The notes below the pieces were generated by a model. The model had not been told where the DNA came from and ran no database searches. It saw only the letters and a program-made list of their open reading frames with translations. A stretch of 64,000 bases of DNA from IMG/VR virus record IMGVR_UViG_3300042695_000536, positions 8,285-72,284 of that record. One strand, given 5' to 3'. The stretch is from a virus. Taxonomy: Duplodnaviria; Caudoviricetes. Made by a program: the position numbers and the translations under genes. Below, in pieces: positions 24,346 to 34,918 of the stretch. The stretch's first letter is position 1; each line of letters opens with the position of its first letter.

Positions 24346-26280
24346 ATGTCAAATACTATTGCAAACCCTTACGAAAATTTTATTGCGTTATCGCGTTACG
24401 CTAGATGGATTCCAGAAGAGAACCGTCGTGAAACGTGGGGTGAAACAGTAGATAGATATTTTGACTATATGCTGAATCACCTAAAGCAAAACCACAATTA
24501 TATTCCAACTGAAAAGCTTGTAGCGGAATTAAAAGACGGTGTATTCAAAAGAAATGTCATGCCCTCAATGCGCTCCGTAATGACTTCAGGAGCAGCACTA
24601 GAACGAGATAATGTTGCAGGATACAATTGTGCTTTTTTGCCAGTTGACTCACCACGTTCATTTGATGAAACAATGTATATCCTTATGTGTGGAACGGGTG
24701 TAGGGTTTTCTGTTGAATACAAGTACATTAATAAACTTCCTGCCGTCCCAGAATCTTTAGAGAAATCAACTACAGTTATTACTGTAGAAGATTCAAAGCA
24801 AGGGTGGGCAAAAGCATATCGTGAGTTGCTAGCCCTTCTTTGGTCGGGTCAGATTCCAGCAATAGATGTTTCTAGGGTTCGTCCTGCAGGCGCAAGACTT
24901 AAGACAATGGGCGGAAGATCATCTGGCCCGCAGCCATTGGTTAACTTGTTTGATTTTACAATTGCAAAATTTAAAAATGCCGCAGGAAGAACTCTTAAGC
25001 CAATTGAATGCCATGATATTATGTGCAAGATTGGTGAAGTAGTTGTTGTAGGAGGAGTTCGTCGCTCAGCAATGATTTCTCTTTCTAACATTAATGATAT
25101 TGAAATGGCACAGGCTAAATCAGGAAACTGGTGGGAGCAAAGCCCTCAGAGAGCGTTGTCTAATAATTCTGTTGCATACTCACGCAAGCCAGATATGGAG
25201 CAATTTATTGCAGAATGGAAATCTCTATATGACTCAAAGTCGGGAGAACGAGGGATATACAATGTGGCCGCAGCTCAAACCCAAGCAGCCAAATATGGAA
25301 GAAGAGATCCAGATATACACTATGGCACTAACCCGTGTTCAGAAATTATTTTACGTCCTTATCAGTTTTGCAATCTTTCAGAAGTCGTATTACGTGAAGG
25401 TGATACAAAGAAAGATATTGAACGCAAGGTAGAGCTAGCTACAATCCTTGGCACATGGCAATCTACGCTTACTGATTTTAAATATCTTAGAAAAATCTGG
25501 AAAGATAATACAGAAGAAGAACGCTTGCTGGGAGTATCTTTAACAGGACAATTTGGAAATAAGTTTATGTCAGGAAAAGAAGATCTGGTTTCCCTCGAAG
25601 CCTTTTTAATGAATCTTCGTGAATCAGCAAGAGAAGCAAATAAAAAAGAAGCAGGAAAAATTGGAATTCCCGAGTCTGCAGCTATTACATGTGTAAAGCC
25701 ATCTGGAACTGTTTCCCAATTAGTTGGAGTGTCTTCTGGCATGCATGCGTGGCACTCTCCATACTACATTAGAACTGTTCGTGGTTCTAAGGGGGATCCT
25801 ATTTCTGTATTTCTTAAAGAAGTTGGAATTCCAGTAGAAGATGATGTAATGAAGCCAAATGAAACTTATGTTTTTTCTTTTCCAGTAAAGGCACCAGAAG
25901 GTGCAATTGTTAGAAATGATTTGACAGCTATTGAGCACCTTAATATTTGGTTGGTTTACCAACGTGCATGGTGTGAGCATAAGCCATCTATTACAGTTTC
26001 TGTAAAAGAAGATGAGTGGATGGAAGTTGGCGCCTGGGTGTACAAGCATTTTGATGAAGTGTCTGGAATTTCATTTCTACCACATTCAGATCACTCTTAT
26101 AAGCAAGCTCCTTATCAAGAAGTAAGCAAGGAGGAGTACGAGGCCCTTGTTGCAAAGATGCCAAAGGAAATTCGCTGGGAAGATCTATCTTTTTATGAAA
26201 CAGAAGATGGAACTTCAACAAATGCTACTCTTGCTTGCAGCTCTGACGGCAATTGTGAATTGGTAGATATTAGCGCATAG
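24346..26280 (+). CDS. nrdJ: Class II (adenosylcobalamin-dependent) ribonucleoside-triphosphate reductase
   Basis: YNCAF...GTGVGFS...GGVRRSA...TNPCSEI...CNLSE...CVKPSGTVSQL; C-terminal Cys pair. Confidence 0.92.
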   Translation: MSNTIANPYENFIALSRYARWIPEENRRETWGETVDRYFDYMLNHLKQNHNYIPTEKLVAELKDGVFKRNVMPSMRSVMTSGAALERDNVAGYNCAFLPVDSPRSFDETMYILMCGTGVGFSVEYKYINKLPAVPESLEKSTTVITVEDSKQGWAKAYRELLALLWSGQIPAIDVSRVRPAGARLKTMGGRSSGPQPLVNLFDFTIAKFKNAAGRTLKPIECHDIMCKIGEVVVVGGVRRSAMISLSNINDIEMAQAKSGNWWEQSPQRALSNNSVAYSRKPDMEQFIAEWKSLYDSKSGERGIYNVAAAQTQAAKYGRRDPDIHYGTNPCSEIILRPYQFCNLSEVVLREGDTKKDIERKVELATILGTWQSTLTDFKYLRKIWKDNTEEERLLGVSLTGQFGNKFMSGKEDLVSLEAFLMNLRESAREANKKEAGKIGIPESAAITCVKPSGTVSQLVGVSSGMHAWHSPYYIRTVRGSKGDPISVFLKEVGIPVEDDVMKPNETYVFSFPVKAPEGAIVRNDLTAIEHLNIWLVYQRAWCEHKPSITVSVKEDEWMEVGAWVYKHFDEVSGISFLPHSDHSYKQAPYQEVSKEEYEALVAKMPKEIRWEDLSFYETEDGTSTNATLACSSDGNCELVDISA

Positions 26281-26352
26281 TGGTACAATAATAGAATTGG
26301 GCTAAAGCCCAAAATTCCTAGGCTACCCGCCTAGAAATAAGGAGGATCAAAA

Positions 26353-26586
26353 ATGGCAAAAGCTAAAGAAGATCTTAATGGAGATGGAAAGGTTACAATG
26401 CAAGAGAAAATTCTAGCAGCACTAGCAAGTTATGGACGTCATTTTTTAGGAGCAGCAATTGCCCTATATATGACTGGCAACACTAGTCCAAGAGACCTAC
26501 TATTGGGCGGATTTGCTGCCACAGCACCCGTAATTTTGAAAGCACTTAATCCAAACGAACCATCGTTCGGTTTCACAAACAAGTAA
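26353..26586 (+). CDS. Putative holin
   Basis: Two TM helices with ALNPNEPSFG tail typical of actinophage holins; N-terminal DLNGDGKVT. Confidence 0.6.
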   Translation: MAKAKEDLNGDGKVTMQEKILAALASYGRHFLGAAIALYMTGNTSPRDLLLGGFAATAPVILKALNPNEPSFGFTNK

Positions 26587-26657
26587 ATATAGTCGATTAG
26601 AAATACTCCTGTGCTAAAATTAGTACAGGAGTATTCCTATTTAGGAGACTATGGCAA

Positions 26658-27005
26658 ATGGCAGGACAAAAGAATTTCGAAGTAGATCAGAATGCAACAT
26701 TTAGCTTTGTAGTAGAATATAAAGACGACAATGGTAATGCGATTGATCTCACTGGCGCATCTGCAAAAATGCAGGTTCGTGATGTAAAAGGTGGAACAAA
26801 GCTAGCAGTAACTTTAACATCTCCAAGCGGCGGTATAGTAATAAACGGCCCACTTGGAAAAGTAACTGTAACACTTACACCAACTCAAACAAATAAACTC
26901 TTTTACCCAAAGTCTGTATATGACATCATGGTCGTAGATTCTAATGCGAATAAAATAAAACTCCTTGAAGGGTTTATAACCCTAAATAGGTCGGTGACCA
27001 TATAA
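26658..27005 (+). CDS. Virion structural protein (BppU-N/Ig-like)
   Basis: DQNATF...IDLTGASAKMQVR...YDIMV...KLLEG.I. Confidence 0.7.
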   Translation: MAGQKNFEVDQNATFSFVVEYKDDNGNAIDLTGASAKMQVRDVKGGTKLAVTLTSPSGGIVINGPLGKVTVTLTPTQTNKLFYPKSVYDIMVVDSNANKIKLLEGFITLNRSVTI

Positions 27006-27445
27006 TGGTAGAATCCGTAGTTGTTAAAGAACAAATAAACAAAGTCATAATTTCTTCACCTGGACCACAAGGCCCAAGAGGAAGAACTATTCTAAATGGA
27101 TCTGGAGATCCTGCAGCAAATTTAGGACTTACTGGAGATTTTTATTACGACACGGTATCTTCTGCTTTTCACGGACCAAAAGTTTCTGATTTAACATGGT
27201 CAGGATCTACTAAAATATTTTTAACAAATAATACATTAGCTTATTCTTGGGAGCTCGCTCAGGTCACTGGGCCAACCCTAGGTGTGTATTCTGTTGTTAT
27301 TAGCCATGGGCTTGGGTATCAACCAAACGTTACAGTTAAATCAAGCGCAGGAGATATTTTAGAAACTGGAATAGATTACAATAGTAATAACCAAATAACA
27401 CTGACAATGGCTCAACCATTTTCAGGGACAGCATACCTGTCATAA
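27005..27445 (+). CDS. Minor tail protein with short collagen-like segment
   Basis: GPQGPRG; HGLGYQPNVTV...FSGTAYLS. Confidence 0.65.
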   Translation: MVESVVVKEQINKVIISSPGPQGPRGRTILNGSGDPAANLGLTGDFYYDTVSSAFHGPKVSDLTWSGSTKIFLTNNTLAYSWELAQVTGPTLGVYSVVISHGLGYQPNVTVKSSAGDILETGIDYNSNNQITLTMAQPFSGTAYLS

Positions 27446-27456
27446 GGAGATAGCAA

Positions 27457-28752
27457 ATGGCAAGAAAATTTTTAGTTAGCGTTGATCTCAACAAGAATGA
27501 GTTGCTCAATGCTAGAATCCAAAACTTAGGTTCAGCACCTTCAAATCCAGTAGTTGGACAGATTTACTACGATACATCAAATAACACAATGTATTACTAT
27601 AATGGACTATCATCACCTAATGGTCCATGGATGCCAATGTCTGGCTCTACAGAAGTTATACAAGATGTAATCGGTTCATCTATTGTTGGCGGAGTTGGCT
27701 TAACAGCAACATACGGAGACCCAGCTGGAACAACAACAATTGATTTAGACGATACCGCTGTAACTGCTGGTTCATATGGATCAACAACAGCAATTCCTAC
27801 ATTTACAGTTGACGCTCAAGGTCGTTTAACTGCAGCAGGAACAGTTAGCGTAGCAACTAATCTTTCAGTTGCTGGAGACACTGGAACAGACACAGTCGAT
27901 CTTCTTACAGACACTCTTACAGTATCTGGCGGAGAAGGAATTGATGTAGCGGTAACAAATAACACAATTACGGTATCTGCAGAAGATGCAACTTATACAA
28001 ATAAGGGTGTTGCTTCATTTAATTCAACAGATTTTACAGTTACAGCAGGAGCAGTATCTCTCAATAAAGATCCAGTAATTACACTTTCAGGAGATGTAAC
28101 TGGTTCTGCAACAATGACCAATTTGGGAGACGTAACAATATCAACCACAATTGAGCCAAACTCAATTGCCCTTGGAACAGATACAACTGGAGATTATGTA
28201 GCAACAATTGTTGGCACAGCCAATGAAGTTACTGTTTCTCCAAATAGCGGAGAGTCAGCAGCCGTAACAATTGGATTGCCAGATGACGTAACAATTACTA
28301 ATAATTTAACAGTTGGCGGTAATTTGAATGTAACTGGAACAATTAACTCAGTAAATACTACTCAGGTAAATATTGTTGACAATAAGATTAACCTAAATAC
28401 CGATTTTGCAGGAGCACCAACAGTAGATGCTGGAATCCGTGTAGAACGAGGAACATCTGCAGATGCAGAAATATTGTGGAATGAAACATCAGATCAGTGG
28501 ACACTAACTAATGATGGAACAAATTATCATGAGATAACAAGAAAGTATAAGACAACTCTTAATACTTCAGCAACATCTTATACAGTAACTCACAATTTAG
28601 GAACAAAAGATGTTGTGACTGCTATATATGAAGTTGCTTCTCCATATGCACAAATTGAGGCAGATATTGAGCATACATCAGATTCAGTTGTAACTATTAG
28701 ATTTGCAGTTGCACCAGCAATTGGAGAATATAGAGTAGTTGTAATAGGATAA
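27457..28752 (+). CDS. Tail fibre/structural protein
   Basis: Thr/Gly-rich repeats, VTAGSYG...[20 protein letters not shown]-terminus. Confidence 0.75.
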   Translation: MARKFLVSVDLNKNELLNARIQNLGSAPSNPVVGQIYYDTSNNTMYYYNGLSSPNGPWMPMSGSTEVIQDVIGSSIVGGVGLTATYGDPAGTTTIDLDDTAVTAGSYGSTTAIPTFTVDAQGRLTAAGTVSVATNLSVAGDTGTDTVDLLTDTLTVSGGEGIDVAVTNNTITVSAEDATYTNKGVASFNSTDFTVTAGAVSLNKDPVITLSGDVTGSATMTNLGDVTISTTIEPNSIALGTDTTGDYVATIVGTANEVTVSPNSGESAAVTIGLPDDVTITNNLTVGGNLNVTGTINSVNTTQVNIVDNKINLNTDFAGAPTVDAGIRVERGTSADAEILWNETSDQWTLTNDGTNYHEITRKYKTTLNTSATSYTVTHNLGTKDVVTAIYEVASPYAQIEADIEHTSDSVVTIRFAVAPAIGEYRVVVIG

Positions 28753-28761
28753 GGATTTCAA

Positions 28762-29136
28762 ATGGCCAAAAAGTTTAAGTCATTATTAAATCTGCTTACA
28801 CTTCCAGAAGATCCTATAATTGGATCAACTGGAGATGTGTATTTTAATGTAACAAGCAAAAACATTAAGATATACAATGGTGCAGTGTGGGTTGACTTAA
28901 CTCCTGGCTCTACCGATCCCGCTCCATTTTATATGCACACTCACTCTTATGATGGAAATGTACATACAGTTAATTTACAAGAAACAATTGATTTTTCTGA
29001 TATTAACAATAACGCAGGAGTTGTAGAAACAAGTCCTGCTATAATAGGCATAGACGGTGGTACTCCAACATCATCGTATACAAATGCAAGTTACACGCAG
29101 TTAACATTGTTGGATGGAGGCCAAATTGGCGACTAA
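28762..29136 (+). CDS. Minor structural protein
   Basis: Position in tail module. Confidence 0.6.
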   Translation: MAKKFKSLLNLLTLPEDPIIGSTGDVYFNVTSKNIKIYNGAVWVDLTPGSTDPAPFYMHTHSYDGNVHTVNLQETIDFSDINNNAGVVETSPAIIGIDGGTPTSSYTNASYTQLTLLDGGQIGD

Positions 29137-29677
29137 TTATCCTACATCAAAAGATAACTTTACTAATCCTGCCGCAACTGAATCAATGGAAGGCCATGCG
29201 TCTCTGCATGGCAACGTCAATGATGCAATTGAAGCAATTGAAAACAAGCTAGGCGTAAACGGATCATCAGATGTAAATTCAATAGACTATAAGGTTTCTC
29301 AGCTAGAAACAAACTTAGCTAACCTTGATGCAGAAAACGCTTCAGAACTTTTGGGGCTAGATGGCAATAATGATTTAACTATAAACGGTATAGAGAACAA
29401 AACAACTATTGATTCGTTTTCTAAAAATGTTTACAAAACAGTTGAGTATAAAATTCAGATTGATAAGCAGGTTGGAAACTTAACTACAAGCTCAACAGTA
29501 CTGATTCTAAACGATGGAGCAAATGTCTACATGTCCGAATCTAATGTTATTTCAAATACAAATGATGTTTTGGGTAATATAACTTTTGAAGAAAATAGCG
29601 GTATAATAAGTCTATGTGTTGCGCCGATATCAGGCTCCATAAGAGTAAGATATTCTAGAACAGCACTAAAAGCATAA
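29114..29677 (+). CDS. Minor structural protein
   Basis: ATNYPTSKDNF...H.NVNDAIEAIE.KLG; start probably a TTG near 29126. Confidence 0.65.
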   Translation: MEAKLATNYPTSKDNFTNPAATESMEGHASLHGNVNDAIEAIENKLGVNGSSDVNSIDYKVSQLETNLANLDAENASELLGLDGNNDLTINGIENKTTIDSFSKNVYKTVEYKIQIDKQVGNLTTSSTVLILNDGANVYMSESNVISNTNDVLGNITFEENSGIISLCVAPISGSIRVRYSRTALKA

Positions 29678-29702
29678 AAAGCAGTAAAAGGGAGTCATAT
29701 CA

Positions 29703-31193
29703 ATGGCAACAGTAAATAAGAATTTTAGAGTTAAAAATGGTCTTATCGTTGAAGGTGGTTCAGCCACCGTCAATGGTTTTGATGTATTAACAAAGGCACA
29801 AGCGGACCAAGACTACATTGTTAGTATTATTGGTGGTACAGCAACCTCAGCCAATACAGCTAATACTGTTGTAAAAAGAGATGCCAACGGAAATTTTGCT
29901 GCAGGAACAATTACTGCAACATTTACGGGTAACCTTACTGGTAACGTAACTGGTGATGTAACTGGTAACGTAAGCGGTCAAGCTGGAACAGTATCAAGCC
30001 TTTCAGGACATAGTTCAGACGAGATCTCAGAAGGATCAACAAATAAATATTACACAGATGAAAGAGCTCAAGATGCTATAGGTAATTCTTTAGGTACTGG
30101 TCTTTCATACAATGATACAACAGGTGCAATATCTGTAACTGCAAATACTTATGATGCATACGGTGCAGCTTCAGCAGCACAGACTGCAGCAGCAACAGAT
30201 GCTACTACAAAGGCTAACGCAGCCCAGGCAGCAGCAGAGGCCACAGCAGCAGCAGATGCTACTACAAAAGCTAACGCAGCCCAGGCAGCAGCAATTTCAG
30301 CAGCAGCAACAGCAGCAAACTCAGCATTAACCTCTGCAATTTCAACAGAAGTTTCAAACCGAAATACAGCAATTTCAACAGCGGTAGATAACCTTGTTGC
30401 AGGAGCACCAAATTTACTTAACACACTTGATGAATTAGCAGCAGCAATTGCAGACGATGCAAACTACGCAACAACTATGACATCAGCTTTGGCGACAAAG
30501 GCTCCTCTTGCTTCACCAGCACTTACTGGTGTGCCAACAGCACCTACTGCAGCAGCAAACACTGACACAACTCAGATTGCAACTACAGCATTCGCAAAAG
30601 CAGAAGCAGATGCAGCTCAAGCAGCAGCAGAAGCCACAGCAGCAGCAGATGCTACTACAAAAGCTAATGCAGCTCAGTCAGCAGCAACAACTGCAGCAGC
30701 AACAGATGCTACTACAAAAGCTAATGCAGCTCAGTCAGCAGCAACTACAGCAGCAGCAACAGATGCTACTACAAAAGCTAACGCAGCTCAGGCAGCAGCA
30801 GAGGCTACAGCAGCATCAGCACTTACTGCAGTAAAGAATGGTACTACAAAGTTTACAGCAGTAAACGTAAATGACCTGGTTTCACAACGGGCAGCCCAGG
30901 CAGTTCTTGCTTCAATAGCAACAGGCTCTTCTGTAATGTCATGGGCTAAGTCAGACTATCCAACAGCTAAATTGTGGGTAAAGTTTGCAACAGCAACACA
31001 TTCACAAATTTCAGAAATTCTACTAACTACAGACTCATCAAATAACATAGCAATTACTGATTTTGCTGAGACTGGCACAAATGGTTCCCTTGGAACAATT
31101 ACTGCCTCATATGTGGCGGGAAACATTGGAATAGAAGTAAATACTGTTTATGCAAATACAACAGTAACCGTAGTAGCAACACTTATTAAATAA
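29703..31193 (+). CDS. Tail fibre protein with Ala-rich (DATTKANAAQ) repeats
   Basis: Repeated AAATDATTKANAAQ; LNTLDELAAAI.DD; KAPLASPALTGVPTAPT. Confidence 0.8.
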   Translation: MATVNKNFRVKNGLIVEGGSATVNGFDVLTKAQADQDYIVSIIGGTATSANTANTVVKRDANGNFAAGTITATFTGNLTGNVTGDVTGNVSGQAGTVSSLSGHSSDEISEGSTNKYYTDERAQDAIGNSLGTGLSYNDTTGAISVTANTYDAYGAASAAQTAAATDATTKANAAQAAAEATAAADATTKANAAQAAAISAAATAANSALTSAISTEVSNRNTAISTAVDNLVAGAPNLLNTLDELAAAIADDANYATTMTSALATKAPLASPALTGVPTAPTAAANTDTTQIATTAFAKAEADAAQAAAEATAAADATTKANAAQSAATTAAATDATTKANAAQSAATTAAATDATTKANAAQAAAEATAASALTAVKNGTTKFTAVNVNDLVSQRAAQAVLASIATGSSVMSWAKSDYPTAKLWVKFATATHSQISEILLTTDSSNNIAITDFAETGTNGSLGTITASYVAGNIGIEVNTVYANTTVTVVATLIK

Positions 31194-31262
31194 TTAAATA
31201 ACAAGGTTATGGGGTTCCTTTTAAAAACCCCACCAAAACACTTAGGGGATATGTGAACTTAA

Positions 31263-31628
31263 ATGGCAACAGAAAATAAGAATTTTAAAGTAAAGAACGG
31301 ACTCAATGTAGCAGGTACTGCCACATTTGGGTCTAATGTCGTTTTAGGCGAAACACCCCTTAGATTTGATACAGCAACAAATAAGCTACAAATTCAGCTA
31401 AATGGGACATGGACCCCAATAGCTTTTAATTCAGATATACCAGATCCAGCTTCACAAATTAGCTTTATGGACATCGGATTGGCCATTGATTATAACGGAG
31501 AACCAATCTACACAGTGCAGGCAAATGGAGTTACTCCTGAAGTAACAAGCAAGTTTGTAGATGGTGGATCTCCATCTTCTACAGATGCCGATGTTTCTAT
31601 GGTTTTTGACTCTGGAGTCATATCTTAA
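31263..31628 (+). CDS. Minor structural protein
   Basis: N-terminus MATENKNFKVKNGL is paralogous to 29703. Confidence 0.65.
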   Translation: MATENKNFKVKNGLNVAGTATFGSNVVLGETPLRFDTATNKLQIQLNGTWTPIAFNSDIPDPASQISFMDIGLAIDYNGEPIYTVQANGVTPEVTSKFVDGGSPSSTDADVSMVFDSGVIS

Positions 31629-31681
31629 AGCAATAAATGATACAATAAGCAGTATAAATAAAATATATAAGGGGTAACAAA

Positions 31682-34600
31682 ATGGCAACAGTAAGATTAC
31701 AATTAAGAAGAGGCGAAGCAGATCAATGGGTTGCCGCCAACCCAACACTAGCACCAGGAGAAATTGGTATTGAAACAGATACTAATACATTTAAATTTGG
31801 AGATGGAAGCACCCCTTGGAATTCACTAAGCTATGCTCTCTCACAAACAGTAGACGATTATATTCTTTTAAGCACTAAAGGTGTTGCAAATGGTGTTGCG
31901 TCATTAGACTCATCAGGATTTATTCCATCAGCACAGCTACCCCCATTAGCAAAAGTTACAGTTTCTTCAGCAGCAAATCAAGCTGCACGTTTGGCTTTAA
32001 CCGCAGAACCTGGCGATATTGCAATCCAGTCAGACAATGGAACAACATATGTACTTGCCTCTTCCCCTGCAAGCACAAATGGCAACTGGAGAGAAATATC
32101 CGCTACAGCAGCAATCTCAGCAGCAATTGCTACTCACGAAGCAGATACAACAAGCGTACACGGAATTGCTGACACTTCGCTTCTAGCAACTACAGCAAAC
32201 GTAGCAACTGCTAAATCAGAAGCAATTTCTGCAGCCGCTACTGCAGCAGGAACCGCACTTTCAACTCACGAAGCAGATACAACAAGCGTACACGGAATTG
32301 CTGACACTTCGCTTCTAGCAACTACAGCAAACGTAGCAACTGCTAAATCAGAAGCAATTTCTGCAGCCGCTACTGCAGCAGGAACCGCACTTTCAACTCA
32401 CGATGTTGACACAACAGGAGTACACGGCATTGCAGATACAGCAGAGCTTGCTACAAAAACATATGCAAATTCAGCAGTGACAACCGCAGTATCTGCCCTT
32501 ACAAAATCTTCAGTTGGGCTTTCAAATGTAGATAATACTTCAGACTTATCTAAGCCAGTTTCTTCTGCCACACTTACAGCGTTAGACTTAAAAGCACCAC
32601 TATCTTCACCAGCTCTTACTGGCGATGCAACTGCAGTTAATTTAACTCTTTCTGGAAATTTGACAGTAAATGGAACAACTTCAACTATTAATTCAACTAC
32701 ACTTACAGTTCAAGATAAAGATATTGTTTTGGGACAGACATCAAGCCCAACAGATGCCGCTGCAGATAACGGCGGAATTATATTAAAGGGAACAACTGAT
32801 AAATCAATCAAATATAGCGTTGCAAAATCAGCATGGGATGTTTCAGAAAATATTAATATCCCTGCAGATAAATCTATTAAAATAAACAACATTGAAGTAT
32901 TAACATTGACTACTATTTTTGGAAAAAGCCTTCCAGATGTAGTCGTTGGAACAACAGAAACTCAAAATCTTACAAATAAAACTTTGAACTCGCCAATAAT
33001 TAACACACCTACTGGTATTACAAAATCAGATGTTGGACTTTCAAATGTAGACAATACAGCTGATTCTGCAAAGCCAGTTTCAACTGCTGCTCAGTCAGCT
33101 CTTGATCTAAAGGCCCCACTAGCCTCACCAACATTTACAGGAACAGTAACTCTTCCAGTCGGAACAGTTACATCTGGAATGATTGCCGACGGATCAATCA
33201 TGAATGCAGATATTAATGCAGCCGCAGAAATTGCTACATCAAAGATTGCAGGCCTCGACACAGCGCTTGGGCTAAAGGCCCCGCTAGCCTCACCTACATT
33301 TACAGGAACCGTAACTCTTCCAGCTGGAACAGTTACATCTGGAATGATTGCCGACGGAGCAATTCTAGATTCAGACATTAGCGGAGCAGCAGCAATTGCA
33401 ACATCTAAGATCTCAGGCCTCGACACAGCTCTTGACCTAAAGGCTCCACTAGCCTCACCAACATTTACTGGTACAGTATCTGGTATTACAAAGTCTATGG
33501 TTGGACTAGGGTCTGTTGATAACACAACAGATGCAGAAAAGCCAGTTTCAACTGCTGCTCAGTCAGCTCTTGATCTAAAGGCCCCACTAGCCTCACCAAC
33601 ATTTACTGGTACAGTGTCTGGTATTACAAAGGCAATGGTAGGCTTAACAAACGCTAACGACACTTCAGATTTAGCTAAACCAATTTCTACTGCTACTCAA
33701 GCAGCCTTGGATCTAAAAGCACCGCTAAATTCTCCAACATTTACTGGCACGGTTGTATTGCCTTCAACAACATCAATAGGCTTAGTTGATTTATCAGAGC
33801 TTGGATATGTAAATGGAGTTACATCATCTATTCAGACTCAGATTGATAGCAAAGCCCCTCTAGCCTCACCAACATTTACAGGTACAGTAACTCTTCCATC
33901 TGGAACAGTTACATCTGGAATGATTGCTGACGGAGCAGTTGCAACAGCAGATGTTGCAGATTTAGCAATATCAACTGGTAAAATTGCAGATGCAGCAGTT
34001 ACTACTGCTAAAATTGCAGATGATTCAATTACATCAGCAAAAATTGTTTCTGGCACAATTGTTAATAGCGATATTAATGCATCAGCAGCAATTGACTGGA
34101 CTAAACTTGCAATATCTTCAACAGTTGATTCAACTGAAATTGGATATGTTAATGGAGTAACTTCAGCAATTCAAACTCAGCTTACAGCAGGGGTAACAGC
34201 GCTTTCAACACACGAAGCCGATACAACAAATATTCACGGAATTGCAGACACTAGTTTGCTTGTTACAACAACTGGCACACAAACCCTAACTAATAAGACA
34301 ATTACTTCTCCATCGGGATTAGTAAAAGCAGATGTCGGCCTTGCTAATGTTGATAATACAGCAGACTCAGCAAAGCCAGTTTCAACAGCACAGGCTACCG
34401 CAATTGCAACTGCAAAAGCAGAAGCAATCTCAGATGCAACATCGCAAGTAAACGCACTGCTATCTGGTGCGCCAGCAGCATTAAACACACTTGATGAGCT
34501 TGCTGCAGCACTTGGTGATGACGCAAACTTTGCGGCATCAGTAACAACTAGCCTTGGACTTAAGGTAGATTCCTTAACACCAATTTCACAAAAGACAGCA

Positions 34601-34885
34601 TCATACACACTTTCATCATTAACTGAAAGAGATGATCTAATTGAAATGGGTTCAGCATCACCAATTACCCTTACAATTCCAACAGATGCTACACTAAATT
34701 ATCCAATTGGAACATCAATTGATATTCTTCAAACTGGAGCGGGACAAGTAACAATTGCCCCAGTATCTGGAACAGTTACAGTAAATGCAACACCTGGCTT
34801 GAAGCTTCGCACAACTTGGTCATCTGCAACTCTCTTAAAGAGAGCAGCAAATACATGGGTTGTCTTTGGAGACTTGACAGCGTAA
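31682..34885 (+). CDS. Long tail fibre with Mtd-N-like N-terminus and KAPLASPTFTG repeats
   Basis: LQLRRG...NPTLAPGEIGIETDT..FKFGDG; many repeat units; exact 132-bp tandem duplication 32132-32400. Confidence 0.85.
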   Translation: MATVRLQLRRGEADQWVAANPTLAPGEIGIETDTNTFKFGDGSTPWNSLSYALSQTVDDYILLSTKGVANGVASLDSSGFIPSAQLPPLAKVTVSSAANQAARLALTAEPGDIAIQSDNGTTYVLASSPASTNGNWREISATAAISAAIATHEADTTSVHGIADTSLLATTANVATAKSEAISAAATAAGTALSTHEADTTSVHGIADTSLLATTANVATAKSEAISAAATAAGTALSTHDVDTTGVHGIADTAELATKTYANSAVTTAVSALTKSSVGLSNVDNTSDLSKPVSSATLTALDLKAPLSSPALTGDATAVNLTLSGNLTVNGTTSTINSTTLTVQDKDIVLGQTSSPTDAAADNGGIILKGTTDKSIKYSVAKSAWDVSENINIPADKSIKINNIEVLTLTTIFGKSLPDVVVGTTETQNLTNKTLNSPIINTPTGITKSDVGLSNVDNTADSAKPVSTAAQSALDLKAPLASPTFTGTVTLPVGTVTSGMIADGSIMNADINAAAEIATSKIAGLDTALGLKAPLASPTFTGTVTLPAGTVTSGMIADGAILDSDISGAAAIATSKISGLDTALDLKAPLASPTFTGTVSGITKSMVGLGSVDNTTDAEKPVSTAAQSALDLKAPLASPTFTGTVSGITKAMVGLTNANDTSDLAKPISTATQAALDLKAPLNSPTFTGTVVLPSTTSIGLVDLSELGYVNGVTSSIQTQIDSKAPLASPTFTGTVTLPSGTVTSGMIADGAVATADVADLAISTGKIADAAVTTAKIADDSITSAKIVSGTIVNSDINASAAIDWTKLAISSTVDSTEIGYVNGVTSAIQTQLTAGVTALSTHEADTTNIHGIADTSLLVTTTGTQTLTNKTITSPSGLVKADVGLANVDNTADSAKPVSTAQATAIATAKAEAISDATSQVNALLSGAPAALNTLDELAAALGDDANFAASVTTSLGLKVDSLTPISQKTASYTLSSLTERDDLIEMGSASPITLTIPTDATLNYPIGTSIDILQTGAGQVTIAPVSGTVTVNATPGLKLRTTWSSATLLKRAANTWVVFGDLTA

Positions 34886-34918
34886 TACAAATATTTAATA
34901 AGAAATGGGAGATTAAGA

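Noticed and set aside
30508-30834. Poly-Gln ORF
   Set aside because: Alternative frame of GCA-rich Ala codons in the tail fibre; no RBS
31682-31850. Mtd-like N-terminus suggesting a diversity-generating retroelement
   Set aside because: No reverse transcriptase and no TR/VR pair with adenine-specific mismatches visible in the window
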